Assembly (NCBI GenBank): GCA_965262115.1 | Contig: OZ253496.1 | Coordinates: 1,088,001 to 1,152,000, forward strand | Direction of reading: 5' to 3' | Length of the DNA stretch: 64,000 nucleotides | Source of the DNA: Nitrospinales bacterium | Lineage (GTDB): Bacteria > Nitrospinota > Nitrospinia > Nitrospinales > VA-1 | Part shown: piece by piece, positions 19,353 to 28,669 of the stretch | How positions within the stretch are numbered: the stretch's first letter is position 1 | Layout: each line of letters starts with the position of its first letter | The notes under the pieces: generated by a model | The model's database searches: none | What the model was told of the DNA's origin: nothing | Seen by the model: only the letters and a program-made list of their open reading frames with translations | Program-made: the position numbers and the translations under genes

Positions 19353-20870
19353 ATGGCTGATTTCACACGCGAAGAAGTTGAAGAGAAGTTGGAGGAATAC
19401 TCCAAACTGCTTGCATCCCGAGAAGAGGAAGACGAGTTCATAGATGATGAACCCGATGAAGAAAATGAAGAAGCTGTCAGTGAGGAAGAGGAAGGTTCTG
19501 ACCAAGAGGAAGACCCCGACTCAGATGATAATCAGGAAGATGAAGCCATCGAGGAAGAAGAACCCGGTTTGGAAACTATTTTTGAGGAAAAGGACCTGTC
19601 CGGACTGGATCTCTCGGGACTTAATTTCCTCGGCATCAGCCTGAAAAAAACCAATTTAAAAAACACCAATCTATCCGAATGTACGCTCGCAGAATCGAAT
19701 TTGGACCAGGCCAATCTGGATCAGGTCAACCTCAGCGACGCAGATTTGGAAAATATTAGTTGCCTGGAAGGCGTGATGACCCGCGCCAATTTGGAAGCTG
19801 CAAACTTTCAAGGCGCCAAACTTCTGGGAACCGATTTTAGCAAATCCAATCTGGAAAGGGCAAATTTCAGAAGGTCCAAATCCATGGAAACCAAGCTGGT
19901 CCAATGTAATCTTAATGATACCGATTTCAGCAACTCAGATTTCTCGCGGACAAACCTGAAGGACGCTAAATTTACAGATAGCGACCTGAGCCGGGCCCGG
20001 TTCAATGGTGCTGACTTTGAGGGAACCGATTTCACCGATTCCCGGTTGAGCATGGGAGTCTTTTTTGAGGCAAACTTTAAAACCGCAAACCTCAATCGAG
20101 CCTTGATAAAAGGAGCGAAACTCGCGGGAGGAAATTTTTTCGGTGCCCAACTCACCCGCGCGGATATCACCGGAGCAGATCTCACCGGTGCCAGCTTTCA
20201 CAATGCAGATTTGAGCCGCGCTAAACTAAATGGTGCCATACTAAGAAGAACGGACCTTAAAGATTCGGATTTATCCGAAGCGGATTTAAATATCGCAGAC
20301 CTCACAGGGGCTAACCTGGTTGGGACAAAATTGTCCGGCGCCAATTTAGACCGCATTAAATTGAACCAGGCCAAATTAAATGGCGCGCAATTGAGTGGAG
20401 CACGGATGACCAAGGCCAAATTAACGCAAGTTGATTTGACCGGGGCAGATTTGAGTGGGGCCAACTTGACCGGGGCAGAATTAAATGAAGGTATTCTGGA
20501 GGGGGCTGATCTCAGCAGGGCAAACCTGACGGAAGCGATTTTGATAGATGCCAACTTGAAAAATGCTTTCCTGACTGGAGCTAATCTTCAAAAAGCGAAT
20601 CTGGAAGGAGTCAATCTGGAAAGCGCAGACATGGCTGGAACAAAATTGAGAAAAGCCAATTTACAGAACGCAAACTTGAAGCAGGTAGATTTACGGCGGG
20701 CTGATTTGGAATACGCCAACTTCTCCAATGCAAAGCTGAACTCGGCAAATTTTACAGGGGCTAAAATGAGCGAGGGCCTGTTCATAGGAGCCGACCTGAC
20801 AGGAACTAAAATGGACTCTGCCGATACCACGGACACCCAGTTTCAGGGAGCGATCGGATTTAAAACTTAA
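19353..20870 (+). CDS. Pentapeptide-repeat protein with an acidic N-terminal tract
   Basis: About 420 aa of A(D/N)Lxx repeats after a D/E-rich segment. Confidence 0.93.
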   Translation: MADFTREEVEEKLEEYSKLLASREEEDEFIDDEPDEENEEAVSEEEEGSDQEEDPDSDDNQEDEAIEEEEPGLETIFEEKDLSGLDLSGLNFLGISLKKTNLKNTNLSECTLAESNLDQANLDQVNLSDADLENISCLEGVMTRANLEAANFQGAKLLGTDFSKSNLERANFRRSKSMETKLVQCNLNDTDFSNSDFSRTNLKDAKFTDSDLSRARFNGADFEGTDFTDSRLSMGVFFEANFKTANLNRALIKGAKLAGGNFFGAQLTRADITGADLTGASFHNADLSRAKLNGAILRRTDLKDSDLSEADLNIADLTGANLVGTKLSGANLDRIKLNQAKLNGAQLSGARMTKAKLTQVDLTGADLSGANLTGAELNEGILEGADLSRANLTEAILIDANLKNAFLTGANLQKANLEGVNLESADMAGTKLRKANLQNANLKQVDLRRADLEYANFSNAKLNSANFTGAKMSEGLFIGADLTGTKMDSADTTDTQFQGAIGFKT

Positions 20871-21074
20871 CCCCCGATCCCAAAATATTCCCGCCTTTAT
20901 CGGTTATCCTAAATAAATAATCCTGCGGCGCAAATATTTCAATCAAAAATAATTCCAGAATTTTGTCAAAATTTTATATCTAAAATTAGCACAATTAGCT
21001 TTGATTCTTGGCCGAAAATCGTTTATTTCCAGGCTATATTTTTCGTTAGTTTTAAATAAACCCTACAAAAAAAT

Positions 21075-21441
21075 ATGTTCAAATCTATCCTGTTAGCCAG
21101 TTTCTTCCTCTCGATGTCTCTAAATTTCGCATCTGCCAATTCACTGGAAAGCTCTTAGGATTGAGGGAGTGAAGTTTTTGGATGATATCCCCGAAGTAGA
21201 ATGGTATCGGGTGGATGGAAGAACCTTGATCATAGGGTGGAAAGGTATTCCCCACCTTTTTCCCCACACAAACCGGAAAGCTGCGAGACGGGCAGCCATA
21301 GCTACCGAAAAGGAAATCCATGTCTGGGCGGTCCGTCATAATCAGAAAAAATGGACGGTAGGCAGCGGAAAATCTCATATCTGCTCTGTTTCAGCGAAAA
21401 ATGGGCGGGTAAAAACTGATACCTGCCCTTTTTCAAAATAA
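21075..21441 (+). pseudogene. Secreted hypothetical protein, frameshifted
   Basis: Signal peptide MFKSILLASFFLSMSLNFASA from 21075 is out of frame with ORF 21169-21441. Confidence 0.5.
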
Positions 21442-21800
21442 ACCCTATCCTCTCCCGACTAACCTCCTTAATTTTTTCCAAGTATTTTATTATTCTTCCC
21501 TGTTTTTTTAAGACTTCGGGAAATATTTTGCATCTAAAAGGAGTATCTATAAACCATGGATCGCAAAATAAATGAAAACCCACTCTTTTTCCCATGATGG
21601 ACGTTCCAGAATGAGAGCCCGGCCCCTCACTCTTAAAGAGGTGCTCCGTTTAAGAGACGGAATGGAAATCCCCAAAACCCTGCCCTACCAGATACTAAAA
21701 ACTTCCAACAATGAAAAAATTCTACTGGCCTTAAACTAAGACTCTATTCCCTTGCATACCCACAAACCTAATACTCACTGACATCTGAAAACCCCGACCC

Positions 21801-22007
21801 ATGGAAAAACTGGAAGCTGTGCAGAAAGTGTTGCGATTCAGCAATTCCATAAGGGAATGGTGTGAAGGTGACCATGCCGTCTATTTTGATGATTTTGACG
21901 AACAAAACGTAGACAATTATGATCCCGGAGGATATGGGGATATCGCCGATGAAATTATAGAACGTGGAATCGCAGAAAACCTTCTCGAAGAGGATGAGGT
22001 GGATTGA
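21801..22007 (+). CDS. Small acidic hypothetical protein
   Basis: 68-aa ORF with ATG start and protein-like composition. Confidence 0.6.
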   Translation: MEKLEAVQKVLRFSNSIREWCEGDHAVYFDDFDEQNVDNYDPGGYGDIADEIIERGIAENLLEEDEVD

Positions 22008-22439
22008 CCCGCGGCGGATAAGTGCGCACTCCTTTTTTTCTGAATTCCGGGCACAACAGAATTTACTGCCAGCAAATCGCAGACCGAAAAGGCCCTCATT
22101 GGCTTTTTTCCGTCCACCCGAAAAACTTTAGTCATTAAAAAATAATTATGGCAAAATATAAGGCCCGAGTAGCTTCGGCAAGCTTCGCACATCCCTGCTC
22201 CCATTTAAAAATCCGTTGCAATAGGTACGCAGAACAAGTTATCAAGAAAAATCTTTTATATCAATGTGTTACGCAACTATCTCTCTTAAAAAAGTCCGGA
22301 TCTCTGTAAGGGTTTTCCATGAAACCCGACAAAAATTTAATATATAAAAGATTTTATTATAGAATAGTTCAACTAGGATGGGTTCAAAATAGCATGCCCC
22401 GGCAAGGACTGTTGCATAGTAATTCTCAGGAGATAGACA

Positions 22440-23498
22440 GTGAATAACCGCTCCAAAATTCTTCAAGACGTTCAAAACTATTACGGAAAAATTCTTAAAA
22501 CCAAAAATGACCTTCAGACCAGCGCCTGTTGTGCGGCAGACACCATGCCTGCCTACCTGCGTCCTTACCTGAAAAATATACATGCGGAAGTGCAATCCAG
22601 GTTTTATGGTTGCGCTTCCACGTTCCCTTCAAGCCTTCGTGGAAAAACCGTAGTGGATCTCGGTTGCGGTTCCGGACGCGATTGCTACTTGCTGGCTCAG
22701 TTAGTAGGCCCTGATGGCATGGTCATCGGCATCGACATGACCGATGAACAACTGGCGGTTGCAAGAAAACATATTGATTTTCATACGCAAAACTTTAACA
22801 TGGAAAAACCTAACGTCGATTTTCGCAAAGGCTGGATTGAAGACCTCACTTCGGCAAACTTGGAGGACAATTCCGTAGATGTAATTATCTCCAACTGCGT
22901 GATCAACCTGTCTCCCGATAAGGAAAGTGTATTTCGTGAAATTTTCCGGGTTCTCAAACCCGGCGGAGAGCTGTATCTTTCAGACATTTTTTCCGGACGA
23001 CGGGTGCCGGAACCCTTGACCACGGACCCGATTTTACTCGGCGAATGCCTAGGCGGTGCCCTATACATGGAAGACTTCAGGCGTATGTTGAGAAACGCAG
23101 GTTCTCTTGATTACCGGGTGGTTTCCAAAAATCCGCTCACTCTCAACAACGAGGACATCCAGCGCAAGGTCGGCATGATCGATTTTTTTTCCATGACCGT
23201 GCGTAGCTTTAAATGCGAGTTCGAAGACATTTGCGAAAACTTCGGCCATGTCACCTACTATAAAGGCAGCATTCCCGAATTCCCGCACGGGTTCACCCTT
23301 GATGACCATCATTATTTTCAGACCGGAATTCCCGTACCGGTTTGCGGCAATACCAGCAAGATGCTGAGTGAAACCCGGTTCGGCGAGCATTTTAATGTCG
23401 TTGGAGATTTCTCCACCCACTACGGACCTTTTGACTGCAATACACCCCAACCTCAAGAAGGCATCTCCTCCGCCAACGGCAACGGTGCCTGCTGGTAA
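22440..23498 (+). CDS. arsM: Arsenite methyltransferase-like SAM-dependent methyltransferase (AS3MT/ArsM type)
   Basis: YYGK.L....DL.TSACC, FYGC, DLGCGSGRDC, ISNCVINL and GECLGGALY. Confidence 0.8.
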   Translation: MNNRSKILQDVQNYYGKILKTKNDLQTSACCAADTMPAYLRPYLKNIHAEVQSRFYGCASTFPSSLRGKTVVDLGCGSGRDCYLLAQLVGPDGMVIGIDMTDEQLAVARKHIDFHTQNFNMEKPNVDFRKGWIEDLTSANLEDNSVDVIISNCVINLSPDKESVFREIFRVLKPGGELYLSDIFSGRRVPEPLTTDPILLGECLGGALYMEDFRRMLRNAGSLDYRVVSKNPLTLNNEDIQRKVGMIDFFSMTVRSFKCEFEDICENFGHVTYYKGSIPEFPHGFTLDDHHYFQTGIPVPVCGNTSKMLSETRFGEHFNVVGDFSTHYGPFDCNTPQPQEGISSANGNGACW

Positions 23499-23518
23499 CC
23501 CGGCGAGCCGCCGGTGGC

Positions 23519-23558
23519 TGTAATAATTCCATCATCGACTTCATGCCCCGTAGGGGTA
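23519..23558 (-). repeat. 40-nt element copy, filled site
   Basis: Reverse complement TACCCCTACGGGGCATGAAGTCGATGATGGAATTATTACA; empty homologous site at 13357-13387. Confidence 0.8.
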
Positions 23559-23612
23559 AAATAGCAATAACTCTCTCTGGCTGATAAAAAATTTTCTCGG
23601 CTTATTAAAGAG

Positions 23613-23888
23613 TTATCGGGGTATGTCACATTCCTGCGGATTTAAGTCGTAGTTTTTATAAAGCTCACGCAAGCGCTTGCGAACCGTGATGCTGTTTTCA
23701 GAATCCTTTTTCTCCTCCCAAATCTGTTGCGCCTTGCGGGCCGCCAGAATCGCCTTGCGCCCTTCATTCAAACCGTCAAAAGCCTTGCTCATATTGAAAT
23801 AGGCGTTGGCATCCTGCGGATTTTTTTTCACCGCTTTCTTATATTCCACCAGGCCTTTCTCATAGATCGCTTTCACCACAACCCCCAA
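23613..23888 (-). CDS. TPR-like hypothetical protein, possibly a fragment
   Basis: YKKAVKKNPQDANAYFNM TPR-like helix pair. Confidence 0.55.
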   Translation of the reverse strand: MGVVVKAIYEKGLVEYKKAVKKNPQDANAYFNMSKAFDGLNEGRKAILAARKAQQIWEEKKDSENSITVRKRLRELYKNYDLNPQECDIPR

Positions 23889-24037
23889 ACAGACGATTAA
23901 TCTCCACTACAAAATAAAACTCCCCATCTTTCCTGTCAACCCCGGCAGAGAGGTGAAAATTTCATCAGGCTTTACGTCAACATATCGCGCATGTATCCTG
24001 GTTTATATTTTTCTAAGAAATTAAAGAGGATGGGTAA

Positions 24038-24304
24038 ATGGCAAGCCAGATCATCGATATTCTATGCGGTCAGTGCGGGACTTTTATGCTTCGATACCAG
24101 AAAAAAGGATCGGGACAGTTGATAAAAATTTATATCGACCGGATCGTCGAACCGGATTCTCTTGCGCGGTTAAAATCCATCACCAGCAAATCAAATCTCC
24201 CTCCATTAGCCTGCATAGAATGTGGCAACCGGATAGGACTGACCCAGGAAGGAGGAACTTACCGAATGATAAAAGGATCGTTCAGAAGAAAAGGCGTGAA
24301 ATAA
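24038..24304 (+). CDS. Small zinc-ribbon hypothetical protein
   Basis: CGQC...Y.K.G.G.L...Y.DRI...CIEC; RBS GAGG. Confidence 0.7.
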   Translation: MASQIIDILCGQCGTFMLRYQKKGSGQLIKIYIDRIVEPDSLARLKSITSKSNLPPLACIECGNRIGLTQEGGTYRMIKGSFRRKGVK

Positions 24305-24329
24305 ACGGGCAACCTGCACTTTTTAAAAT

Positions 24330-25175
24330 TCAAATTCTTCGGACAAAATAATGGTGCACCATTAAAGTTAAAAAATATTGAACAGCCATAACCCAGGCAA
24401 AAGAGACCAAACTGGTTGAAAGGATTCCAAGAACAGCGAACAGGGCAAGCAGAAAAAGTGGGAGGTCAAGCCCATTCCAACGCCAAAGCAGCAGCAGGAT
24501 TTTTATTTTCTCGTAGCAGGCTTGGCGTTGCTCAAAGGTCAAGTCCGGTTGCAGGTCTTGATCCCGAGCTTCCACAAGACGCAAAAAACTCCATTGGCCC
24601 CGAAAAAATAATTGCTGCGCCTGCATATAATAAAAATAAAGCACCCGCACCCCCGACATTTTAGTCCGAAGCTTTTGGCGGGTATTTTGAATTTCTCGTT
24701 CCATACCATCATAGCCATGTAATAGTAAGGTGACCAGACTCTGCTTGCAATAATCGTAAGAAATGGCCCGCACAATAATCAGTCCCGCAATGATTTTCAG
24801 GACTTGTCCGTGTTCTGGAAAACCTTTGATGAGCCCAACCACCACTGCAAGGTAGGCAAAATAACCGGCGATGCCATCAATCAACCTGCCCCATTCGCTG
24901 GCCATGCCCTTGGCCCTGGCCAACTGCCCGTCTACGCAATCCAGCACCAAAGTGACTTCCAGTAAAATTCCTCCCAGAATCATGGATGCCGGACTGGCAA
25001 AGCTGAATGCGTAACCGGAAGCAAACCCCACCAGAACAGAAAAATAAGTCACCTGATTTGGGGTCACTGGAGTGTCCTTCAAAAAAGCCACAATCTGCTT
25101 CGCAATCGGATCTTGAATATAACGATTGACCGGCTCCACCATATCTACGGGTGCGCGGCTCGATGTATCACTCAC
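24330..25175 (-). CDS. CDP-alcohol phosphatidyltransferase family protein
   Basis: TPNQVT and DCVDGQLAR......EWGRLID signature. Confidence 0.9.
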   Translation of the reverse strand: MSDTSSRAPVDMVEPVNRYIQDPIAKQIVAFLKDTPVTPNQVTYFSVLVGFASGYAFSFASPASMILGGILLEVTLVLDCVDGQLARAKGMASEWGRLIDGIAGYFAYLAVVVGLIKGFPEHGQVLKIIAGLIIVRAISYDYCKQSLVTLLLHGYDGMEREIQNTRQKLRTKMSGVRVLYFYYMQAQQLFFRGQWSFLRLVEARDQDLQPDLTFEQRQACYEKIKILLLLWRWNGLDLPLFLLALFAVLGILSTSLVSFAWVMAVQYFLTLMVHHYFVRRI

Positions 25176-25178
25176 ATC

Positions 25179-26186
25179 CTATAACCATTTTTCCTGTTGA
25201 TACCAGTTGATCGTCTCGGTCAGTCCTCGATTCAATTCATACTGAGGTTCAAAGTCAAACGCTTTAAAAAACTTTGCCGGTGACGCAGACCATGAACTTT
25301 GCCGGATATCAATCATCCTCTGCCGATCAAACAACGCGGGCTTGGAACTGAAGCAAGCCAAAACCTCAAAGAACAAAGCTACCGGAATCAACATCCCTTC
25401 AGGAATTTTCAGGATTTTCATCCTAACATTCATAATACGTGCACACTCTTTTGCGACCTGTTCCCAGGCATGAACATGGCCGTCTGTAACAAAATAGCTA
25501 CGGCCTGCCTGTTTGGAGGGGTGGCAAGCTTGGAGCATTGCCTGAACCAGATCGGCAACATAAATCAGAGAAAGTTCTTTGCCCGCCCGGCCAATCTGCA
25601 GCCCCCATCCTTTCTGGATCAATTTGATGAAAGTAAAAAAGTTTTCTTCCCGGGGACCATACACCACCGGAGGGCGTATAACGGTAACAGGCAGTGACCC
25701 CGAGTACTGCAAAGCAATTTCTTCCCCCCCAAGTTTTGATTGCCCGTAAAAAGTCACAGGCTTGCAAGGGGTGGTTTCATCAACGAGATTGCCCTGGGTG
25801 CTGGGGCCAGTTGCCGCCAGACTGCTAAGATGAATAATGCTTTTGATCCGGCCTCCACGCTTCTGGCATTGCTCATACAAGTTTGAGCAGGCAGTGGCAT
25901 TAACTTGAAAATAGCCGGAACGGGATTTTGCCTTGGTCAGTCCTGCACAGTGGAAAATGTAGTCCAACTCTTCCAAAGGGGGGATTACAAAATCCGGTCG
26001 CGCCAGATCCACCCTGTGAAGATGAACCCTCGAAGCATCCAGCCATTTGAGGTCAGAGGATTCCCTCACCAGTCCATGAACCGTGCAACCAGAGGCCAAA
26101 AGCTGGTCTACCAGATGACTGCCGATGAAACCATTCGCGCCCGTAACCAGAGCCGTGGCCCCTTTAAGATGTGATGAGGCGTTCAT
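25179..26186 (-). CDS. NAD-dependent epimerase/dehydratase, candidate ceramide reductase (CerR-like)
   Basis: VTGANGFIG, HCAGLTKA, SSLAA.GP, YGQSK; operon context. Confidence 0.8.
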   Translation of the reverse strand: MNASSHLKGATALVTGANGFIGSHLVDQLLASGCTVHGLVRESSDLKWLDASRVHLHRVDLARPDFVIPPLEELDYIFHCAGLTKAKSRSGYFQVNATACSNLYEQCQKRGGRIKSIIHLSSLAATGPSTQGNLVDETTPCKPVTFYGQSKLGGEEIALQYSGSLPVTVIRPPVVYGPREENFFTFIKLIQKGWGLQIGRAGKELSLIYVADLVQAMLQACHPSKQAGRSYFVTDGHVHAWEQVAKECARIMNVRMKILKIPEGMLIPVALFFEVLACFSSKPALFDRQRMIDIRQSSWSASPAKFFKAFDFEPQYELNRGLTETINWYQQEKWL

Positions 26187-27285
26187 AGATGCGATGTCTT
26201 TTATAAATAGTTCCCCCTATCCGGTACATCGGTTCGAGAATGCCTTTGTTATCCTCCAGCAACCAGGATATCTCACACCATTTAATCTTTTTTTCCAGAG
26301 ACAACCTGTAGATTTCGTAATAAAGCCAGGCATCAATTCCCAGCCTGCGGTATTTTTTCTTCACACCCAGCGTCAGCACCCGAAAAACATCAATTTTATT
26401 TTTCTTCCATAAGAACCAAGCCCAGCCAAAGGGAAACAGGCTTCCATCCATTCCCTTAAGCACTTGATTGACATCGGGAAGGGCCAGGGAAAAACCCGCC
26501 GGTTCGCCCTTTACTTCGGCAATCAAGCAAAATTCAGGATGTATGAAGGATTTCATTTCCCTTGCAGAAAATTCAAATTCTTTTTGAGTCATAGGAACGA
26601 ATCCCCAATTCAGACCCCACGCCGAGTTGTAGATATCCCAAAGAATGGAAATTTCTTTATCAAATCGGCTGAGATCCAAACATCTGACGGTGAAGCGATT
26701 CCTTTGTTTCAACTTTTTCGCGGCGCGCTCCAGATAATCCGGAACCTTAACAAAGTCCAGCCGTAACGCTAAAAGATCTTTGGCCTTTTGCAAACCCCAC
26801 GCCTCAAAATGTTTCCCATAATATTCTGGGTTATAGGGGATGCCAAACATGGTGGGAGAGTCAAACCCCTCTATCAGCAAGCCGCACTCATGGTTCGTCG
26901 ACAAGTTCATCGGCCCCATAAGACGGGCATGTCCTCTTTCCTGACACCATTGATAAGCCTTGTCCAGTAAAAGCCGGGAGAGACTCGGGTCATCCCCCGA
27001 CTCAAACATGCCAAACATGCCGACAGACTCTGAGTGAAGATCCTGATAGTTCCGATCATGAACCAGAGCGATCCTCCCTACCGGTGACTGGTTGTCATCC
27101 ACCGCCAGAAAAAGATCGTCTTCCGCATGTTCGAAAAACGGGTTGATGTCGGGATTCAGGAATGTTTTACGTTCCCGGATAAGAGGAGGAGTCCAGCATG
27201 GCTGGTCTTTATAAATTTTCCAGGGAAGGCGGACGAACCGATCCAAGTCCTGTCGGGTTTCAACCTTTACGAGTTTAAAACCCAT
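26164..27285 (-). CDS. GNAT acyltransferase, candidate bacterial ceramide synthase (CerS-like)
   Basis: PW.IY..., NPFFEH, GP.N.STN.E.GLL..GF, YNP.YY, WGFVPMT, E.SWLLEDN; adjacent to spt. Confidence 0.8.
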   Translation of the reverse strand: MGFKLVKVETRQDLDRFVRLPWKIYKDQPCWTPPLIRERKTFLNPDINPFFEHAEDDLFLAVDDNQSPVGRIALVHDRNYQDLHSESVGMFGMFESGDDPSLSRLLLDKAYQWCQERGHARLMGPMNLSTNHECGLLIEGFDSPTMFGIPYNPEYYGKHFEAWGLQKAKDLLALRLDFVKVPDYLERAAKKLKQRNRFTVRCLDLSRFDKEISILWDIYNSAWGLNWGFVPMTQKEFEFSAREMKSFIHPEFCLIAEVKGEPAGFSLALPDVNQVLKGMDGSLFPFGWAWFLWKKNKIDVFRVLTLGVKKKYRRLGIDAWLYYEIYRLSLEKKIKWCEISWLLEDNKGILEPMYRIGGTIYKRHRIYERLITS

Positions 27286-27287
27286 TA

Positions 27288-28619
27288 TTACCTGGGGATG
27301 ATGCCGAGCTTTGTCCCCAGTTTCCTGAATGAACCAAGGACTTTGTCAAGATCCGTTTGGTCATGGGCAGAGGTATAGCTGGTCCGGATCATGGCATTGA
27401 GGGGTGGCACGACCGGCGACACCGCGACTCCGGCAAAAACACCGTCATCAAAAAGGAGCCTGTTCAAATAAAGTGTGAGGGCCTCTTCTCCTATTTTTAT
27501 GGGGACTATAGGAATAGAATTGTTAGTCACCTGAAAACCCATATCAAAAAAACCTCTTTTTATATAAGCGGTATTTTCCTGCAACTTTTTGATGCGTTCC
27601 GGCTCATTGATCATGATATCCAGACCCATAATGACCCCAGCAACCGATGCAGGCGGCAGGGCCGCAGTAAAAATAAACGCCGAGGCTTTATGGCGAATGA
27701 ACTCGGTGATCTTGGACTTTGCGGAAATAAATCCACCGATGGACCCCAGGCTTTTGGAAAACGTTCCCATATAAATATCTATTTCGTCTTCCAGATTGTA
27801 GTAGTTGGCGACACCCCTGCCACTTTCACCCATGACACCCAGGCCGTGAGCTTCATCAACCATGACGTTGGCCCCGTAGTCTTTTGCGAGTTTCACAATA
27901 GCTGGAAGGTTGGCAATATCACCGCTCATACTGAATATACTGTCGGTAATAATTATCTTGCCTTCAACATCCGAATATTCTTTTAAATAATATTCCAGAT
28001 GATCCATATCATTATGCTGATAGCGGACGGTCTTTCCCGGTGCCACCCCACACCCTTCATAGATACTGGCATGGTTTTCCCGATCCGAAAAAGCTACATC
28101 CTTTCTCCTCAGGAGACAAGCAATAGTTCCCTGATTTGCCTGGAATCCCGTGGACATGACAATGGTATCTTCTCGGCTCAAGAAAGAGGAAAGCTCCTTT
28201 TCCAGAGTCTTATGCAGATTGAAAGTACCATTGAGAAAACGGCTACCAGTACAACCGATGCCAAATTTTTCCAATGCCTCCCGAGCCGCTGAAATCACGC
28301 GAGGTTCCTGGGCCAGCCCGAGATAATTATTGGTAGAAACGGAAATGACTTGCTTCCCGTCAATGACAACATGGCATCCATCAATTTCCTGGATTTCCCT
28401 GAAATACGGATAAATCCCCAGCTCCTTGGCCTGCTCCGGGGCAAAGTAGCCAAAGCATTTTTCCAGAATCCCTTTTTCTTTACTGTTGGGAGGGCGCAGG
28501 TGGGAATTTTCAAAATCAAACTTCTTTTTCAATAAAGAGGTGATTTTACTCTTCTTTAAATGAGCAGGTTCTTCGTCGTCACTTTCAAGTTCATTGAGCA
28601 GGGTAAAAGGTTTTGTCAT
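27288..28619 (-). CDS. spt: Serine palmitoyltransferase (alpha-oxoamine synthase family)
   Basis: GIYPYFR, TNNYLGL, GCTGSRFLNGT, HASI, DEAHG and GTFSKS (PLP lysine). Confidence 0.8.
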   Translation of the reverse strand: MTKPFTLLNELESDDEEPAHLKKSKITSLLKKKFDFENSHLRPPNSKEKGILEKCFGYFAPEQAKELGIYPYFREIQEIDGCHVVIDGKQVISVSTNNYLGLAQEPRVISAAREALEKFGIGCTGSRFLNGTFNLHKTLEKELSSFLSREDTIVMSTGFQANQGTIACLLRRKDVAFSDRENHASIYEGCGVAPGKTVRYQHNDMDHLEYYLKEYSDVEGKIIITDSIFSMSGDIANLPAIVKLAKDYGANVMVDEAHGLGVMGESGRGVANYYNLEDEIDIYMGTFSKSLGSIGGFISAKSKITEFIRHKASAFIFTAALPPASVAGVIMGLDIMINEPERIKKLQENTAYIKRGFFDMGFQVTNNSIPIVPIKIGEEALTLYLNRLLFDDGVFAGVAVSPVVPPLNAMIRTSYTSAHDQTDLDKVLGSFRKLGTKLGIIPR

Positions 28620-28669
28620 AAGTTTCTCACCAGAAATTTATAAAAAAATTTAAACCATGATCTATAGTT

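Noticed and set aside
27288..28619. BioF (biotin synthesis) assignment
   Set aside because: No bio genes nearby; the YPYF, GSRFLNGT and GTFSKS motifs and the GNAT/reductase neighbours favour Spt, though phylogeny is still needed
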